Below, piece after piece: positions 46,421 through 57,600 of a DNA stretch of 64,000 nucleotides; within the stretch, counting starts at the first letter, position 1; the number at the start of each line of letters is the position of its first letter. Position numbers and translations under genes: made by a program. Source of the DNA: Heteronotia binoei (taxonomy: Eukaryota); assembly GCF_032191835.1 (NCBI RefSeq), contig NC_083238.1, forward strand, positions 34,782,001-34,846,000. Direction: 5' to 3'. The notes beneath the pieces were generated by a model. It did not search any database. It was not told the origin of the DNA and saw nothing but the letters and a program-made list of their open reading frames with translations.

Positions 46421-49400
46421 GCGTCTGCTCACGTTCTCCAGATACTGGAGGCGCCATAACAAAGTTAAGGTCAAGTTAGTGTCTTATCTTGGGTGGCACA
46501 AAATACCGCAACTTCTCTAGCCAGGACCTGGGATCATTTCTCTCTCCACGGCTCCCGCCCCCCCCCTTCGTTCTACCTCCTCCCGAGACTTATGCGGATC
46601 GTCCTAATTTCCCACCAAAGGTTTTTTGGAACTGCCACTTGGACTGGAATCCTCGCTTATGGCTGGAGGCAAGGACCGCGGCGCTTGCAAGACGGCAAAC
46701 GGTAAAGTCATGGCATTTATTGTGCTTTGGGCAGCTTTGTTCGGTGGGATGCGTCTCATGCGTGGGATCAGGGGATCTGTGGCTAGCGTGGAAAAAGAGC
46801 CTGCTAAGATCTCCCAGAACCATTCTCAGTGAAGCTACAGCCTTTCTAAACCCGTCCAAGCCAAAGGGTTTAGAAGGGCATAACTCCGTTTAGGATGGCT
46901 CTCTTAGGCCAAGGAGGGAAAGCTCTAGAAACCGGACGTGTCCAAAGTGTGCCTTTGGCCAAGGAAACCCCAGCGGGGGGTCTCGGACGAGCGTGGGGAG
47001 GGGGGGTCTCTTGCCAAAAAATCTTGGGGTTGGTTCTTCAGCCGGGAGCCAGCGGTCGTGGTGTCCTTGAACTTGAAAAATGGCAACCGATGGACTCTGG
47101 TCCGAAGCTGTGGTCGCTGCGGAAGGGTTCTGCGGGGGAGAAGCGTCGATGGCGGTGCTGGCGAGGACCTGGCTGAGGGTTTCCTGTGTGTGTGTGGGGC
47201 GGGGGGGGGGTGAGATGGGTGGGAGACGAGAAAGGAGGGAAGAGAAGGGTGGTGGGCTTGTCTGTTGTCCTGCAAGATCATTGCTCTGCTTGGTCTCGAG
47301 GACCCTGGAAGGCACCATCCAAACGAAGGTCTTTGCCTCCCCCCCACCCCCAATGGCGAGAGGAAGCGCAGAAGCCATTTTAGCTGCGCAGTCGACTTTG
47401 GGGAGGGAGGGAAGGAGGGAGGGAGGTCCATTCGTTGCAGCAAAACCCAAACCTGGGTGTTCACTAACAGAGGAGGGGATCGAGTATTTTTTTTTTTTTT
47501 TGCCTGTTTCGTGCGGCTGTTGCTCATTGTTGGTGCCTGGTTGGTTTGTTGTTTTTTTTTACTGGTGGGCTCTGATGGCGCTGGTGCGTGGTGGGTTCTT
47601 GCGCGTGGCGTTCATGGCGCCCAGCCCAGAGACGGCGAGCGCAGCCCAATGCGGGACATTTGCGTTTGGACGCAGTGGGGTTCGCTTGGTTCCTTCCCTT
47701 GACCAAGCCAGAAAAGAGACTTATCTGGAGGCGTAGTCCAGGCAAAGAGGCGAGGATGTTTGTGCCAGTTAACAGAGCTGCCCTCTCGGCTTCCTGCCTC
47801 GAGTTCTGCACAATGAATCCGATGGGGTGGTCATGGCGGATGCCAGTCAAGGCGCTTTCCGCGTTCTGAATATCTTTGCAGTCAATGGCCGGGTCTCTGC
47901 TACTCCGGAGTCACGCCTGGGTTTATGTTGGGAATATCCAATAGTTTTATCTGTGGTTGCAAAAGGCTATGTGTCTATGGCACGTAATGAAACATGATAG
48001 GATAAAACCACAGCCATTTCTGTCGCTGACTCCCTGCAGAGTGTGGCTTATTAAACTATATATAATATGTTCATATAATTAAGCCGTGGGCGTCAGTACA
48101 AGCCGGCGAGCCAATCCTGTTTCCCGCTATAGACCCGGAGAATGCAATGCGATTTGGGGCATAGCGTGGGCAAGTTTGTCAGGGGATCCGACCCCTCTGC
48201 AGTGTCGCGGGCCAGCGGATTAATTGTGTTGTGTAGTGAGTGGCAAGCTTGCGGTGCCGTGACTTTCGCCCCGGTCTCTTCTTTCGATTTCCCCTTCGAA
48301 AATCATGTATCTAAGGCCTCGCTCTTTAAAGACAAGGTCATGGGCAATTCTGAAAATATGCTCGCTGTAGACAATTGTGAAAATATGCTGGCTTAATGTG
48401 ACTTTAAGATTAGTTCTCGGAGTGGGAGGGCGAAACTTGGATTTCTTTCCAGCTCGTTGTCTTGAGAAAACATGTTTGGCACTGAAAGGCGTCCTCGGTA
48501 GCCGGTAGAAGGAGCGTCGGCTGGATAAACTTGACATTGCACTGTGGCCGGGCCAAGAACCGAATGGACTCTCTCGGAGACCTTGGCATGTTTCATGTTT
48601 TCCGAAGGGATTTTTGTTTTCTTCTTCGCTGGGTTTCCTCGAAATTCTGTCTCTCTCTTTCTCTCTCTGTGCCTTACAGTGGTTTGTTTTGTTTCCCCCT
48701 CTCTGGTTTCTTGCGCCTGGGATGTGTGTATTTTTAGAAGAAGAAATGTTTTAAAAGGCCACTGGGAAACACACAGCCGAGATCTTAGGACAAAACGGTG
48801 TGCGTCTGTTGTGTTTTGGGGGGATCTGAGAACATAGATATGCTTTTCTCCTTCAAATGACATTGGTGATCCGCTAGCTGGGCGAGCCGCCCGGCGGAGA
48901 GTGGGCGGGAGAGATGCGCCTCTCAGGGTTGGAATCCGGCATTTTCCACAAGGAAACTGCTGTTCTGTTCGGTTAATATCTGATATACGACATATCTGAT
49001 GCAACTCACAAGTTGGGCCATCCGGGACGGGTGAAAAGCAGGATTGGTACAGAGGCTGCGGGCATGATCTTTCTGGGGAAATGTCCATCGTTGGTTACCT
49101 AGGGAAAGGAGAGTATTGAGCCAAAGCGTTGGAAGAAACCATAGGAAAGATTGCTGGGGCCGGATCTGTGACGGTGGGGAGACTCTGCTCCCAAGTGAGG
49201 AGGTAGAAAGAGACCTTAGCTTGGCTCAGGGAAGCATCTCTCTCACACACACACTTACACACACACACCCGGGATCCTGGCGGTGGATGCGTGCGAGCTG
49301 CAACAAGTCCTCCTCCTCTATTCCTCAAGAGCAATGATGCTCTGACCAGTGGTCGACTCGGGGGTGGAGAGGACTTGGCTTGGAGCTCTCCGGCTCTCTT

Positions 49401-49925
49401 GCACCTTCCCGCCCTCCAGGTTTCCCCCCGACCGCATTTCCGGTGTCTCTTGGCTTCCCTCGCATCCAGCGATGCCCTGGTAATGCGTGACAAGAGGGGC
49501 CGGCGGTGCGGGCGCCCCTTCGCGATGGGAATCTCTCTCTTTTTCTTTTGGAGATGGGGCTGAGCGTTTGTCGTAGGGCGTTATAGAGGCATGTGGAGTA
49601 AGGCGCGGGGGGGGGGGGCATTCCCAGGTGATTCGCCGCCCTACCTATAGCTCATCACCAGTTGGGAAGGGGGGGGAGAGGGGGGCGGAGGGGAAGCGGG
49701 AGGCTGAGGGGGGTGGGAGAAGAGGAGAGGAGAGAAGCGCTGGCGACGGTCCCACTCCTCCAAAGGCGCGGCGGAGGGCTGGCGAGCGGCGGAGGCGGCG
49801 GCGGCGGGCGCGGGGAGGCGGCTCCAGGGAAGCGCTCTGGGCAGCGAGGCGGCAGGCGGAGGGCCGATATAGATATCAGGGCATTTCTTCTTCTTCTTCT
49901 CCTTCTTCGCCTCCGTCGCCCTCCC

Positions 49926-49980
49926 GTCACGTGACCCAAATTACCAGCTCGGAATCAATCAAGATGAATCGCACGTCAGC
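49926..49980 (+). promoter_or_regulatory. Hoxd11 promoter block
   Basis: Palindromic GTCACGTGAC E-box followed by aattaccagctcggaatcaatcaagatgaatcgcacgtca, about 200 bp upstream of the ATG in a CpG island. Confidence 0.6.
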
Positions 49981-50163
49981 GCGCGGTGGGATTTTTCCCC
50001 CCTTCGCCTGCGCCGCGGCCGCTGCTCCTGCCCGCAGCCTGGCGCGCAGCTAGATGGGGCTCCGCGGGCGCCGGGGTGCTCGCCTCTCCTGCCCACCACG
50101 CCGACGCCGCCGCTGCTGCTGCCCGCCGGACGCCCGCCCCAGGCAGCGGCCCCCCCGGGCGGC

Positions 50164-50854
50164 ATGAGCAGCGACTTCGACGACTGCGGCAGACACGCCG
50201 CCGCCGCCGCTTCCTCCTCCGGCATGTATCTGCCGGGCTGCGCCGCCGCCGCCGCCTACTACGTGTCGCCCTCGGACTTCCCCAACAAGGCGCCGCCGCC
50301 GCCGTTCCTGCCGCAGTCGCCCTCCTGCCAGGTGGCCTTCCCCTACGCCTCCAGCCTGCCGCCCGCCCGCGACGTGGCGGCCTTCCGGGACTATGGGGGC
50401 GGCGGCGGGGGGGCCGGCAAGTGGCCCTACAGAGGGGCCCCCTACGCGCCCTCCGCCTACTACGAGGAGGTGATGGCCGGCCGGGACTTCCTGTCGCCGC
50501 CCGCCCGCCGCCCCGACGTGCTCTTCAAGGGCGAGCCCGGCTGCGGCGCCCACCCCGGGGCAGCCGCCGCCGCCGCCGCTGCGGCCGCTGCCGCCTCCTC
50601 CTTCTACAACGCGGTGGGGAGGAACGGGATTCTCCCGCAGGGCTTCGACCAGTTCTACGAGACAGGCCACGCCGCAGCCGCCGGGGCGGAGCAGGCGGGC
50701 CCGGAGCCCGGAGACCTCAAGCCCCCCAGCGGCACTTGTGGCAAAGCCTCGCCCCTCCCCGGCCCGGAGAAGAAGCAGGCCCCTCCCGCAGCCGCCGCCG
50801 GCCCGGGCAGCGCCGAGTCCCCCGCCGGGGCGGAGAAGAGCAGCAATGCTTCAG
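50164..50854 (+). CDS. Hoxd11: Hoxd11 exon 1 (join 50164-50854, 51685-51920; 308 aa)
   Basis: MSSDFDDCG...MYLPGC...YYVSPSDF...[10 protein letters not shown]...KWPYRG...[22 protein letters not shown] are Hox11 motifs. Donor TCAG|gtaggg, phase 1. Confidence 0.96.
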
Positions 50855-51684
50855 GTAGGGCGGGGTGGAAGGGGCCGCGGACTGGAGTTGGGCGCTGCTG
50901 GCGGGATAATGCGGGGGGGGGGTGCGGAGGGAAGGGGGAGCTCCGGACAGGGAAGGGGGGGACGGAGGTGGAGGGGAACCCCCGCGGGCCATCGGGCCAC
51001 CGCGTTGTCAATCCCCGCACGCTGTGGTTCCTGTTTTCTTTTTCTTTTTTTACGTGCCGTTTTATAAGCACCCAAAGCGCTTTTATAGATCCGATCCGGT
51101 TTCCTTTTGCCCTGTAAAGCCGGTTTACGATAGGAAAGTCATCGAGGTGGGCTTCAAAAGGTATCCTTTGGAGGGGGTTAGGAATTGTGGCAAAATGGTT
51201 GACCGGGAGCCTCGGTTGTGGTTTTTTTGGGAGGGAGAGGGAGGGGTCCTTCTAAAACAGGAAGATAGAAACCCCCTTTCCTTGTGAAACGAAGCTCCAG
51301 TCTGCAAAGGTGGGAGTGAAGTGGGGAGAAGGTGCCTTGGAAGAAACGTTCGTCAAACATTTTATTTATTTATTTATTTTAAAAGTTCTTTTTCTGTAAT
51401 TGCTTTAAACTATACACCAATTTAAAGAGAAATGATGGGGTTTCTTTGACACCAACCAGTTGGGTACAAAGTTATCTAAAGTGATGGCGGAGCTCTCTGG
51501 GTGTTCTCAGACCTCTTGGGGGGTAACAACCAGCTTTCTAGCCATTGACGTTGCCCTAATGAAGATGTTGAATATAGATCCTATTCTGGAGGGTTTTGGT
51601 TTTTAACTGGAACAGGTCGGGTCAGATTCTCTTTTTCTGTTTCTTTTTCCCCCTTCACAACCCACCCACCCCTCAACTGTCCAG

Positions 51685-51920
51685 CAGTTCCTCAACGCTC
51701 CCGGAAAAAGCGATGCCCTTACACCAAGTACCAAATCCGGGAACTCGAACGGGAGTTTTTCTTCAACGTGTACATTAACAAAGAGAAAAGACTCCAGTTG
51801 TCCAGGATGTTGAACTTGACGGATCGACAAGTGAAAATATGGTTCCAAAACCGAAGGATGAAAGAAAAGAAACTGAACAGAGACCGACTGCAGTATTTCA
51901 CTGGGAATCCCTTGTTTTGA
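51685..51920 (+). CDS. Hoxd11: Hoxd11 exon 2 (homeodomain)
   Basis: ccag|CAGTT acceptor. Hand translation: [78 protein letters not shown] then TGA at 51918-51920. Confidence 0.98.
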
Positions 51921-52516
51921 GAGAACGAACTTGGGGGGGCGGCGGGATGGCTGGGCAGGAAAGATCGCCTCTCTCGGTGCAAACCTGCCCGAGGAGTTTG
52001 GAAAACCCAGAGGGTTCTGGGACAGCCACCCTGCGGACATCACGGGTTCCATTTTGCTCATGTTCAGCAACGTTGATTCCTCCAACCCCTCCTCGTCTAC
52101 TGGAGATGGCCCAGGACTTGACGGAGCTGATTTCTTCTGAGGGGAAACTGGGTAAATCCAAAAAAAGTCAATTTTCTTGATTTTTGTTTTAAACCACTTA
52201 CGATGTTCTTTCCCCTCTCCCTTTTGGCTGGCTGAGACCAGCGCGCCTCAAATGTAGATGGAAGTTGTTTTGGTTTTGTTTGGGTTTTTTTTTTTTTAAA
52301 AAAAAAAAAATGGGGTTAAACACAAGCGTCTCTGTCGCCCGTTCCTGGTGGTGCCATTTTTTTAAATTAGGAATACCCGTTCTGACAGATTTGTTGAAAA
52401 AGGTGGTCATGTATATGCGATCTCTCTCTCTATATATATATATCTATACTCCTGTATAGATATGCCTCTGTTGCTGTTGCCATATGAAAAGCATGGGACA
52501 CTGTCTTGTTGGTGTG

Positions 52517-52522
52517 AATAAA
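52517..52522 (+). terminator. Candidate Hoxd11 polyadenylation signal
   Basis: AATAAA about 600 bp after the stop, followed by GT/T-rich sequence. Confidence 0.5.
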
Positions 52523-53585
52523 CGGTTGCTAGAAAAGTTGGACTTGTATTTTCCGTTTGCATTCTCAGCAAAGCCATATTGGAAGAATCCTAACCGTGTC
52601 CCTGATGGTGCCCATGGGCTGACAGCAGAGTTTTGCTTTTCTAGACTTTTCTAGAAGCCGGTGGTTCGGGCCTCCAGTCCGAATAATCGCCGGCTTGAAA
52701 GACCCTCAGCTTCGAAGCTGCCCAGTTTAGGAGAAACCCAACATGGCTGCCCGCTCGCCTTCCATGTTTGAGACCTTTGCGCGCCACAACTTGGGAAAGG
52801 AGGAATAGGTTCCACTCCAAGCGCCCTTGACCCAAGCACGTGCTTCCAGTGCGACTCAGGGACATTAAAAATGCCTTAATTTTGTCTAGATGGTTTCCGG
52901 ATAAGACGGTTCATTAAAAAAAAAAAAAATTCCCGTTCTTTTCTAATGTTTCCTCCCAAAATTGTGAACTTTGTCCATTTTTAGTAGGTCCCCAAACTTC
53001 TCCTTAAGGAACGCGACCTATTTATATGCGAGAGGGGGGAATGACTAAAATAGGGGGTGTTTTGGAAGTCATTTCTGGCCAGGCCAAGTCTACAACACAT
53101 AGGAGCAAAAATGGAAGTGTCCACTTGAAGAGGGAGGCCAGCCTAGCTGCCAACTTTTTTGAAAAAATAATAAAATCGGTACGAAGAATTCGATGGGGGT
53201 CCTTCTCTCCGCTTGTTGTTGTCTGCCCTGGCCGAGCTGTTTACAAAACCTTGAACTGTCTAGACAACACCATAAAAGCCCAGGGTCTAAACAGCTTAAT
53301 TGGGCTATATTATACACCTTATGGTAGGCCAAAGTGAGAGAGAGAGAGAGAGAGAGGGAGGGAATGATTTTCCGCAATGAGCAGTAAAGAAGTGAAGAAG
53401 CAGATCTGGTTTTTAAAAAACAAAATGGAAGAGACTCTCATTCCGTTTGCGCCCGTTTAAACACCAAAGCGGAGTGCGAAGAGACAATATGCGGATTAAA
53501 CCTTAACCTACCCAACTCTAGACAAGCAGGGCGCAAAATTTAAAATTTGAAAACCTGAAGCCAGAAAAGCATAAGCCTCTGCCTT

Positions 53586-53622
53586 TGAACTTCCAAAACG
53601 TCAAGGTCGTCACCTTTAACCT
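53586..53622. promoter_or_regulatory. Nuclear-receptor half-site cluster downstream of Hoxd11 (region IX-like)
   Basis: TGAACT (53586), TCAAGGTCG (53601) and TCACCT-t-TAACCT (53610-53622, a DR1 on the minus strand). Confidence 0.5.
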
Positions 53623-54632
53623 TTCTGAATAATTAGGAGCGCGAAAGGTTCCTCTCTGATTTTCAGCCACCACCCAGTCTCTTTCCCTCTTTTCCCCCGT
53701 TTCTCACTCCCCGCTTTCCCCTCCCCTCTCTCCGTCTCTCTCTCTCTCGCACACACACGCAGGCATACACCGCCCGCCCGCACACTCACCACACACGCCC
53801 GCACACACACAAACACGCTTCTGACTGCAGAGCGATCCACATCAACGGATTCATAACCCTTCCTGATGTTGATAGAGCCTTTCCTAGAATTATCTTTGCA
53901 GGTCATTCCCGCAGCAGAAATTGCCTATTTATTGGGGGGGAGGGTCACCCTTTCTGTATTTGCCCCCCTTTAGAAACTAATTTCTTTTCTTTTTAGAAAA
54001 CATCCTTTTGTTGCTGAAAAAGCACAACCCATTATTTCTCTCCCCGAAAAATTACCCTTTCCTATTAATTCACCCGGGTGATCTGAATAAGGGCATCAGA
54101 TGAGTAATAATAATAATATAATGAGTAATAATAATAGTATATATATTTATAAGGGTTGCAATCCTATTCTATTAATAGAAATTCTACCACAGGATGTGGT
54201 TTAGATCAAAAATGTTATTTGCTTTCCAGAGGAACTACAGAAAATATAGATTCCTTTTCTTTTTGTAAACACAGTAAAATTTCCTCTGCTTGAGAAATAA
54301 GATCCTGAGGTTATCGAAGACTTTCAGCTATCACGTGAAAAAGCAGATCTCTGCTCTATTTGTCAAATATCTGCGCCTAGATCTATCTGCAGAATTTGTA
54401 ATTGATTAAATCCTCCGGAATGACATTTCCACGCCAGACATGAAAGTGTCAGACATATTCTGACTTTTTAGGATAAAATAGGATAGAACAACACCAATAC
54501 ATATTTATTCTTTCTAATTGTTATTCATTTATATGTGTCCCATCTTCTTCCGTATTTTTTTTGAAGAACAAAACAGTGGGATCAAAATAAAAGAAGAATA
54601 GAGCAGAAAGATTGAAAAATCTCCTTGTGCTT

Positions 54633-54658
54633 TGCAGCTAAATTCCACAAGAGGGCGC
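54633..54658 (+). promoter_or_regulatory. CTCF motif with upstream U motif, Hoxd11-Hoxd10 intergenic
   Basis: CCACAAGAGGGCGC (54645-54658, 13/14) preceded by TGCAG at about the expected spacing. Confidence 0.75.
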
Positions 54659-57600
54659 GCCAATATTCCAGAATGCATAATTGTCTTGCAGCTCCAAGCG
54701 TATTTCCTCCCTAATAATACTGCTACCAATAAAATTCCTAATATATAAGCAACTATAAGATTTCAGGGCTTGGGAAATGAGAAAATAAAGCATAAACAAG
54801 ATTTATTAAACAAGTAACTCACAGCCGTGACATGATCAAGACGTATTTTATTTTTAAAGAAGATCTTGATATTTTACCATATGGAACACAAGATTAAAAA
54901 AAAAACAACAACCAAAAAGTTTATTATTTTAAAGAGGAGTTAGTTTATCTCTTAAATTTCCTCAGCCGAATGGACTTCTAATTGTTTCTTTTGAAAGTGT
55001 TAGAGTAACATCCAACGAATATAAATCTCTCTAGTTCGTCTTTAGAATGTTCTATCAGGTTTTCAGGCGAATGCAAGCGGATAACACAATTTTACAAAAT
55101 GTAGCGAGGATTTTTTCGCTGTTGTTGTTAATTACGAAATCGATAGCTGAGTCGGGGTGCTAAAACCAGGGGCAACAATTTCTCTAAAGAAAGCTCTATG
55201 GACCAGAGGAAAAAAACACTTATTTAAAAAAAATATGAGAGTGGTTTCGTCCCTTTGAATCGCGATGGAGAAACGAGATTTGACTGTCCGTTGAAAGAAC
55301 AGAAATATATAGTCTTTTAAAGGACACTCCAATTATGATTATGATGATGATTAAAGGAGAAGGTCGTTTGAGGAATTTCGTCTTCCAATGTTCTCAACAA
55401 TTTCGGTCCTTCCCAAGGACTCGTTCCGAAGAATAAATGTTTAAAAATTGGTCCAAGGTAGAGTTTAACCGCTCTCTACCATCCTAGAAATAGCCACTGA
55501 TCATTAGGCATGTGGTCCAATCTACTAGACACATTCAAAGTCATTCCTAGGAAATTAGTCTCCCAGACTTTGTTTTCCAGAGGTTGGTGCGGGTTCTTTT
55601 TAGAAGTTCATTGTTACTCCAGTTACCTCGAATAGACTTCCCCGTCCGCAATAAATAGGAGGGCGACTCCAGACAAAATTCCAGATACTGAAGGATAAAC
55701 AACGCAATATTCTGCTAGTTCAAATGCATCATGAACGCTACGGTTTAATTTGAATCTATTTTGAGACCAAATAAGGAAAATTGCGGGGGCTGGGGGGAGG
55801 TATCTTGGTCTTTCTTTTAAATTCACAGACTTCCCATGATAAAATTATGCCGATTTGTGTGTGTGTGTGTGTGTGTGTGTGTTTCTTTTCTTTTCTTAAA
55901 CTTACCCGACTCTTATGTTATTTATACAAAGGTGTTGGTCCAGCAATGTGTGGTTGTGGTGGAATATTCGCAGGGGCGTTGTTTGTCCGCTCTGCTGTCG
56001 GTGTAGGCTTGGAGTGTCAGGATTTGAACGGGATGCTTGCGGGTGTAAAAGAACCTCAGATCAACACTAGGCGAAAAAAGGGTGCTTTCTGAGAAACATT
56101 TCGTATATCCCATGCATATATGGTCACAGAACCGATTTTTTAAAAACCGGGGCGGGGGGAGGGTGGAATTCTCTTCTGCGTGTTCAGAACCATACAAAGA
56201 GCTTAGTATGGATGGATGGATGGATGGATGGATACGCATGCATAATACACGCATATACATACTCTGTGTATACATACATGCATATATATTCAAAATGTTG
56301 GCTTTGTCTCTCTTTGGGGTCGGTGGACATTCGGTCATTTGATTTTTTTTGGGGGGGGGGGGGGAATCATAGATATCAGTTATTTCTGTCTCTTTCTCGA
56401 AACAATTCTCAAATTCCTTTTGGCTAGTAAGTAAAAAGATGGTTGATGTTACTGCCAAAGATAAAACATATATTCGTTTTTAAAAATTCGAAGGAATGTC
56501 TCCATTGGGCGGTATCTGAGACCTTTTGACCACTGTCACCTACCAGTCGAAGAGGTTGAAATCGGTGCAGTCTCTGTTTTTGCTGTCTTGATATGAGCCT
56601 AAGAAAGAACCGCTGGAGGGATATTTTCAGATCTATACCTGAGACTGGCAGGAGCGATTCCATACATTTTAAGACTCGGCTGGCCCAGCGTTTCTAATGA
56701 TCCGAGGGTGTAAAAGACGCCCACCCTAAGACATCCAACTGGGCCGCGGGCAGCCTCCGCCGGTCAGAACTTGGAACTGGGTGCCGTCAAACACAAAGAA
56801 CTGGGGAGAAACAATAGGCAAAGGCGCGAATCCTCTGCGGAGAATTTTGTTTATGACATACTTTTATGGATACACGCCCCATATAAAAATATCTGCATTG
56901 GGGAGGGGAGGAGGGGGAGGGAGACTGCTGAATTATTCTATACGTGCTCTCCAACAAAATGAACGATCAGGGAACGGGGTTCCGCATGCTATTGCAAGCG
57001 CCCAGGTTGTAGGATGGTGTTGCAGACGCTAATCCCAACAGATGGTTGCTTTTTTAAAAGAAGTTTTCCTTTTTATTTCTTTTCTTTTTTTTTTTTTACA
57101 AAAATCCGAACTATTATGAACATTGTCAGTATTCCGTATGAGGTGTGTTAGGCACAGGGCAAAGAATCATTCATTGGTTAGGTGAAAGGAAGTCACCAGA
57201 TAGTATAGCCGTGACATTGGTTTCCTGGGCTGAAAGGAATACCTTCCCGTTCTCTAGCTCTGTAGCGGGATGCCATGAAATAAAACGGACCTATTAGTAA
57301 ATACCGCCTAGAGCAAAGGTTTAAATGGATGGCGGAAGGCGAGCTGTTCGAAAGGCATCCAGGATTCTGCTTCTTTCTTTCAAGCTCAGCCGCTCTTGTG
57401 AGCAATATTGGGTGTGCCAATTTTGATATTTCCTCCCTCCGCCGGTCTGGATCGACAACTGCACCATTATTCCCCTCGCCTAGAACTACCTCTTACAACG
57501 CCTTAAAATCTGGACAAAAAGAGGGAATAAATTGGAATAGAAATAGTGGGGTGGCAGGAAAAACACCAAGTGTGTGCCCACGAACACAAACACACACACA

